Below are positions 61,124-64,000 of a stretch of 64,000 bases of DNA, in pieces. The notes below the pieces were generated by a model that saw only the letters and a program-made list of their open reading frames with translations, had not been told where the DNA came from and searched no databases. Numbering within the stretch: the stretch's first letter is position 1; each line of letters starts with the position of its first letter. Position numbers and translations under genes: made by a program. This stretch comes from an uncultured Rhodospirillales bacterium (GTDB lineage Bacteria > Pseudomonadota > Alphaproteobacteria > UBA9219 > RGZA01): the NCBI GenBank assembly GCA_964568585.1, contig CAZMQI010000003.1, positions 32,975 to 96,974 on the forward strand. Direction: 5' to 3'.

Positions 61124-62797
61124 ATGGCGTTGTTGACGTTGTTGCCATCACAGTTTCGCGAAAAAGCGGTTTCGTTTTTCGGCGTGTTCATCTTAGCTGC
61201 TGCACTTTGTGGCTGCCAATCCGAAGACTACCGCAATACCATTAGTGAACGTCAACAAGTAGCCGAACAGCGCGTTGATGAAGCACGCATTCCAGCATCT
61301 GCCAAACGGTTTAACCCATTGACAGTGACCGATAGCATTTGGACTGGTGGTAAAGCCATACGCATGCGTCATGGCATTCCATTGCCGTCACGCGTTGAAA
61401 GCAATCGCTCGGTTGCATTGATTTCGCCTTCACCAATGTCCGTTCGCGCTATTGCAAACGCTATTTCACAACAGACGGGTATTCCAGTTCGTTTTGGAAA
61501 AGATGTGGATGATGGCAGTGGTGAAGACGATGACGCGCCGAGCAGCTCATCTTCCAGCTCTTCGACCGCCAAAAAGCCAGCCCCATCCGCCAAAGTGGTG
61601 GCAAAAACCCCGCAAGTCGGTATGCGTGTTGCCTATGAAGGCCCGCTCTCCGGACTACTTGATCGTGTTGCAAGCCATTTTGGTGTAAACTGGAAATATG
61701 ATGGCAGCGCACTTTCCGTTACCCGTTATGAAACGCGCACCTTTGTTATGGATGCATTGCCAGGTACCCAAAAAGTTAAAGACGGTATGAAAGAGCAGAC
61801 CGATAATAATGCGTCTGCTTCGGGTAATACACAGGTTACCAGCGTAAGCCAGCAAGCTGGCGAACAAACATCCAGCATGGAAGTTGATTTCAAGTTCTGG
61901 GATGAAATTGGCAAAACACTTGAAACTATTTTAGGTGGCGTTGGAAGCTATTCGATGTCTCCGTCATCCGGCACAATTACGGTTATGACGACGCCTGATG
62001 TCATGCGCGGTGTTTCCGATTTCATCAATCAGGAAAATGATCGTCTTGGTCGTCAGGTTGCCATCAACGTGGAAGTGTACACAGTTGATATGAATGAAGG
62101 TGAAGACTTTAATATGAGGTTTGATACAGCGTTGCGTCGTCTCACCAACATTGGCGGTAACTTCACATCGGCTGGCGGACCATCATCCACCAGCACGGGG
62201 TTAGGACAGCTCGCTGTTTCTGTGCTCAATCCTGAAACCATTGGTAGTGTTACCAGCATCTTTAACCTGCTTTCAAACGTAGGTAAGACGGCGCGCGTTG
62301 CACAGTTTCCGTTGACCACGCTGAACAATCGTCCTGTGTCACGCCGCATTGGCCGCGATATTGCGTACCTTGCTTCGGTACAAACCAATACCAGCCAGAC
62401 ATTCCAAAACACCACGCTAACGCCAGGTATTATTAAGGATGGTTTCTCCATCCAAGTAACGCCACGCTTGCTGGGTGAAGGACGTATTCTCTTGCAATAC
62501 TCCTTGTCCTTAATTGATTTGGTCGGTGCTCCGAGAACATTTACGTCGGGTGATAACCAGATTCAGCTTCCTGAAACCGCGACACGCTTCTTTGTACAGC
62601 AATCGATGTTGCGTAGTGGATCGACCCTTGTGCTTGCCGGATTTGACCAAGATCAGGCTTCACAAAGTTCACAGGGTGTAGGCAATCCTTATAACTATCT
62701 ACTTGGTGGGGGCGTAACCAATTCACGCACACGTCAAATCCTGTTTATTGCAATGACGCCGCAGGAGATTACCCTACCGAGGACGGAGAATGAGTAA
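61124..62797 (+). CDS. Secretin-family outer-membrane lipoprotein (PilN/TcpC-like)
   Basis: Lipobox LCGC. Ser-rich linker. C-terminal secretin-like block STLVLAGFDQ...NPYNYLLGGGVTNSRTRQILFIAMTPQEI. Confidence 0.55.
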   Translation: MALLTLLPSQFREKAVSFFGVFILAAALCGCQSEDYRNTISERQQVAEQRVDEARIPASAKRFNPLTVTDSIWTGGKAIRMRHGIPLPSRVESNRSVALISPSPMSVRAIANAISQQTGIPVRFGKDVDDGSGEDDDAPSSSSSSSSTAKKPAPSAKVVAKTPQVGMRVAYEGPLSGLLDRVASHFGVNWKYDGSALSVTRYETRTFVMDALPGTQKVKDGMKEQTDNNASASGNTQVTSVSQQAGEQTSSMEVDFKFWDEIGKTLETILGGVGSYSMSPSSGTITVMTTPDVMRGVSDFINQENDRLGRQVAINVEVYTVDMNEGEDFNMRFDTALRRLTNIGGNFTSAGGPSSTSTGLGQLAVSVLNPETIGSVTSIFNLLSNVGKTARVAQFPLTTLNNRPVSRRIGRDIAYLASVQTNTSQTFQNTTLTPGIIKDGFSIQVTPRLLGEGRILLQYSLSLIDLVGAPRTFTSGDNQIQLPETATRFFVQQSMLRSGSTLVLAGFDQDQASQSSQGVGNPYNYLLGGGVTNSRTRQILFIAMTPQEITLPRTENE

Positions 62798-64000
62798 TGG
62801 TTTCTGGCGTTGTCAAAGTTGGCAGGCAAATTTATGCTGTCGGCCTGTTATGGCAGCCGTCGCCTAGTGGGCGTATTGCTCAGGCGGCACGCGAAGCAGC
62901 GGCGCAACCTGGCCAACAATCCGACTACTATTGCGTACGTGCTGCAAGTAAATCAGTTGCAATCCCTCAATATGGCCTAGCGCAAAGTACGCAAGGTCAC
63001 AAAGCAGGCATGGCTACGCTTGCGGCATCGCTTGCCAATGCACAGCCGGGTTCTTGGGCGGGTGCGTTTCGTTTACGCGAAGGCACATGGGTTGTTGTTG
63101 TCAGAGATGATTTAATTGCGCCAGATGGCGACGTTTTATTTGATAATGATGAAGCCGCACGTGACCGCTTACTGCAGGAAGTAAGCCTTGGCGGTGTACA
63201 ACGTATTTATGCCCCAGATGGCTGGGCCGTACCGGGTTCTGATCCGACGCCATTGCCGTTATTATTACAAGACAAAGCCGAATGCCGTCTGCAACCTGTG
63301 CGCTTGCCGATGCGCCTCATTATTTACGGGGCTGCAGCAGGCGCGGTAGTGTTACTGGTTATCTTTCTTGCCTTACAATGGCAGGCCGAACAAGAACGCA
63401 TCGAGCAAGAGCAGACCGCTGCACAGCTTAAAGCGCAACAGGAAGCTATTAAAAATGGCCCTGTCAGCAAGATGATGAACAAGTGGGAATGGCCACCTGC
63501 AGACCAATGCTATGAACGTAAATGGGAAAAGGCCGCGACTTCAAGAGAAGTAGTAACTGCCTGTCAGGGTATGATGGCCAAGGTTCAGGCTTCCCAGCTC
63601 GGTTGGAAGCGCAGCACCGCAGTGTGTAGCGGCGATAACAAGCTGACGATTACCTGGTTGCGTAATAAAGACATTAATGGTGTCGTCCCTCCTGAATCAA
63701 TTGTTAAAGAAGATTTAAGCATGGCAACGCAGAATAGCCGTGGTGCGACATGGGTTGCGCGTGGCGTTGAGCCATTGATGCGGGAAATAGACTTATCGGC
63801 ACTTATGATTCATGATAAGTGGCCAGTGTCAGTCATGCGTCTCCCTGATGATCCGCCGATGGTTCAGCCACCGGCAGATATGAAGGATCCACCACCGCCG
63901 CCACCGCCGCCATGGCGCAAGCGCGGGATTAAGTATTCTGGTAAGGTTCCGCCGTGGGAAATGTGGCGCTATTTTGATGGGGTAACGGGTTTGATATTGG
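62797..64000 (+). CDS. Hypothetical protein, possibly a PilO-like pilus biogenesis component; 3' partial at the window edge
   Basis: Start codon overlaps the secretin stop (ATGA-type overlap). One TM helix (LIIYGAAAGAVVLLVIFLAL) and a poly-Pro stretch (PPPPPPPP). No stop before position 64000. Confidence 0.35.
   Translation, partial: MVSGVVKVGRQIYAVGLLWQPSPSGRIAQAAREAAAQPGQQSDYYCVRAASKSVAIPQYGLAQSTQGHKAGMATLAASLANAQPGSWAGAFRLREGTWVVVVRDDLIAPDGDVLFDNDEAARDRLLQEVSLGGVQRIYAPDGWAVPGSDPTPLPLLLQDKAECRLQPVRLPMRLIIYGAAAGAVVLLVIFLALQWQAEQERIEQEQTAAQLKAQQEAIKNGPVSKMMNKWEWPPADQCYERKWEKAATSREVVTACQGMMAKVQASQLGWKRSTAVCSGDNKLTITWLRNKDINGVVPPESIVKEDLSMATQNSRGATWVARGVEPLMREIDLSALMIHDKWPVSVMRLPDDPPMVQPPADMKDPPPPPPPPWRKRGIKYSGKVPPWEMWRYFDGVTGLIL

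Overview
This window reads as an alphaproteobacterial chromosomal segment. The markers are a GcrA-family regulator, a tRNA-Ala with a G3:U70 pair, the cytochrome bc1 operon in Rieske-b-c1 order, and the cluster kdsD-lptC-lptA-lptB-rpoN-hpf-ptsN. Positions 1 to about 31,200 hold ordinary housekeeping genes: the rlmE 3' end, guaB, rsmB, ald, hsp20 plus a DUF1150 gene, ptsN, hpf, rpoN, lptBAC, kdsD, an RNase D-like exonuclease, a SCO1-family protein, panC, aqpZ, an amidase, petABC, fhs, a tautomerase and acnA, plus tRNA-Leu(CAG) and tRNA-Ala(GGC). From about 31.4 kb to the window end there is an uninterrupted block of more than 30 genes, all on the + strand. This block is the standout: it encodes an I-type (Dot/Icm-like, IncI tra-like, type IVB) type IV secretion system. 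Gene order follows icmL-icmK-icmE-icmG-(icmC/icmD)-icmJ-icmB, then dotM-like and dotL (the coupling ATPase), and later dotD-dotC-dotB-icmT. The block also carries a lytic transglycosylase, a DsbC/TrbB-like disulfide isomerase, a run of five uncharacterised Sec-signal proteins, and, at the right edge, a PilL/TcpQ-like protein followed by a secretin-family lipoprotein. No relaxase, DotA/TraY homolog or integrase is visible inside the window. Smaller oddities: a roughly 120-bp remnant of the acnA 3' end separated from acnA by an inserted membrane-protein gene; partial direct and inverted duplications of the tRNA-Ala 3' end; and a roughly 100-bp intergenic element repeated on both sides of guaB. 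All functional calls come from motifs, architecture and synteny recognised by eye, with no database searches.
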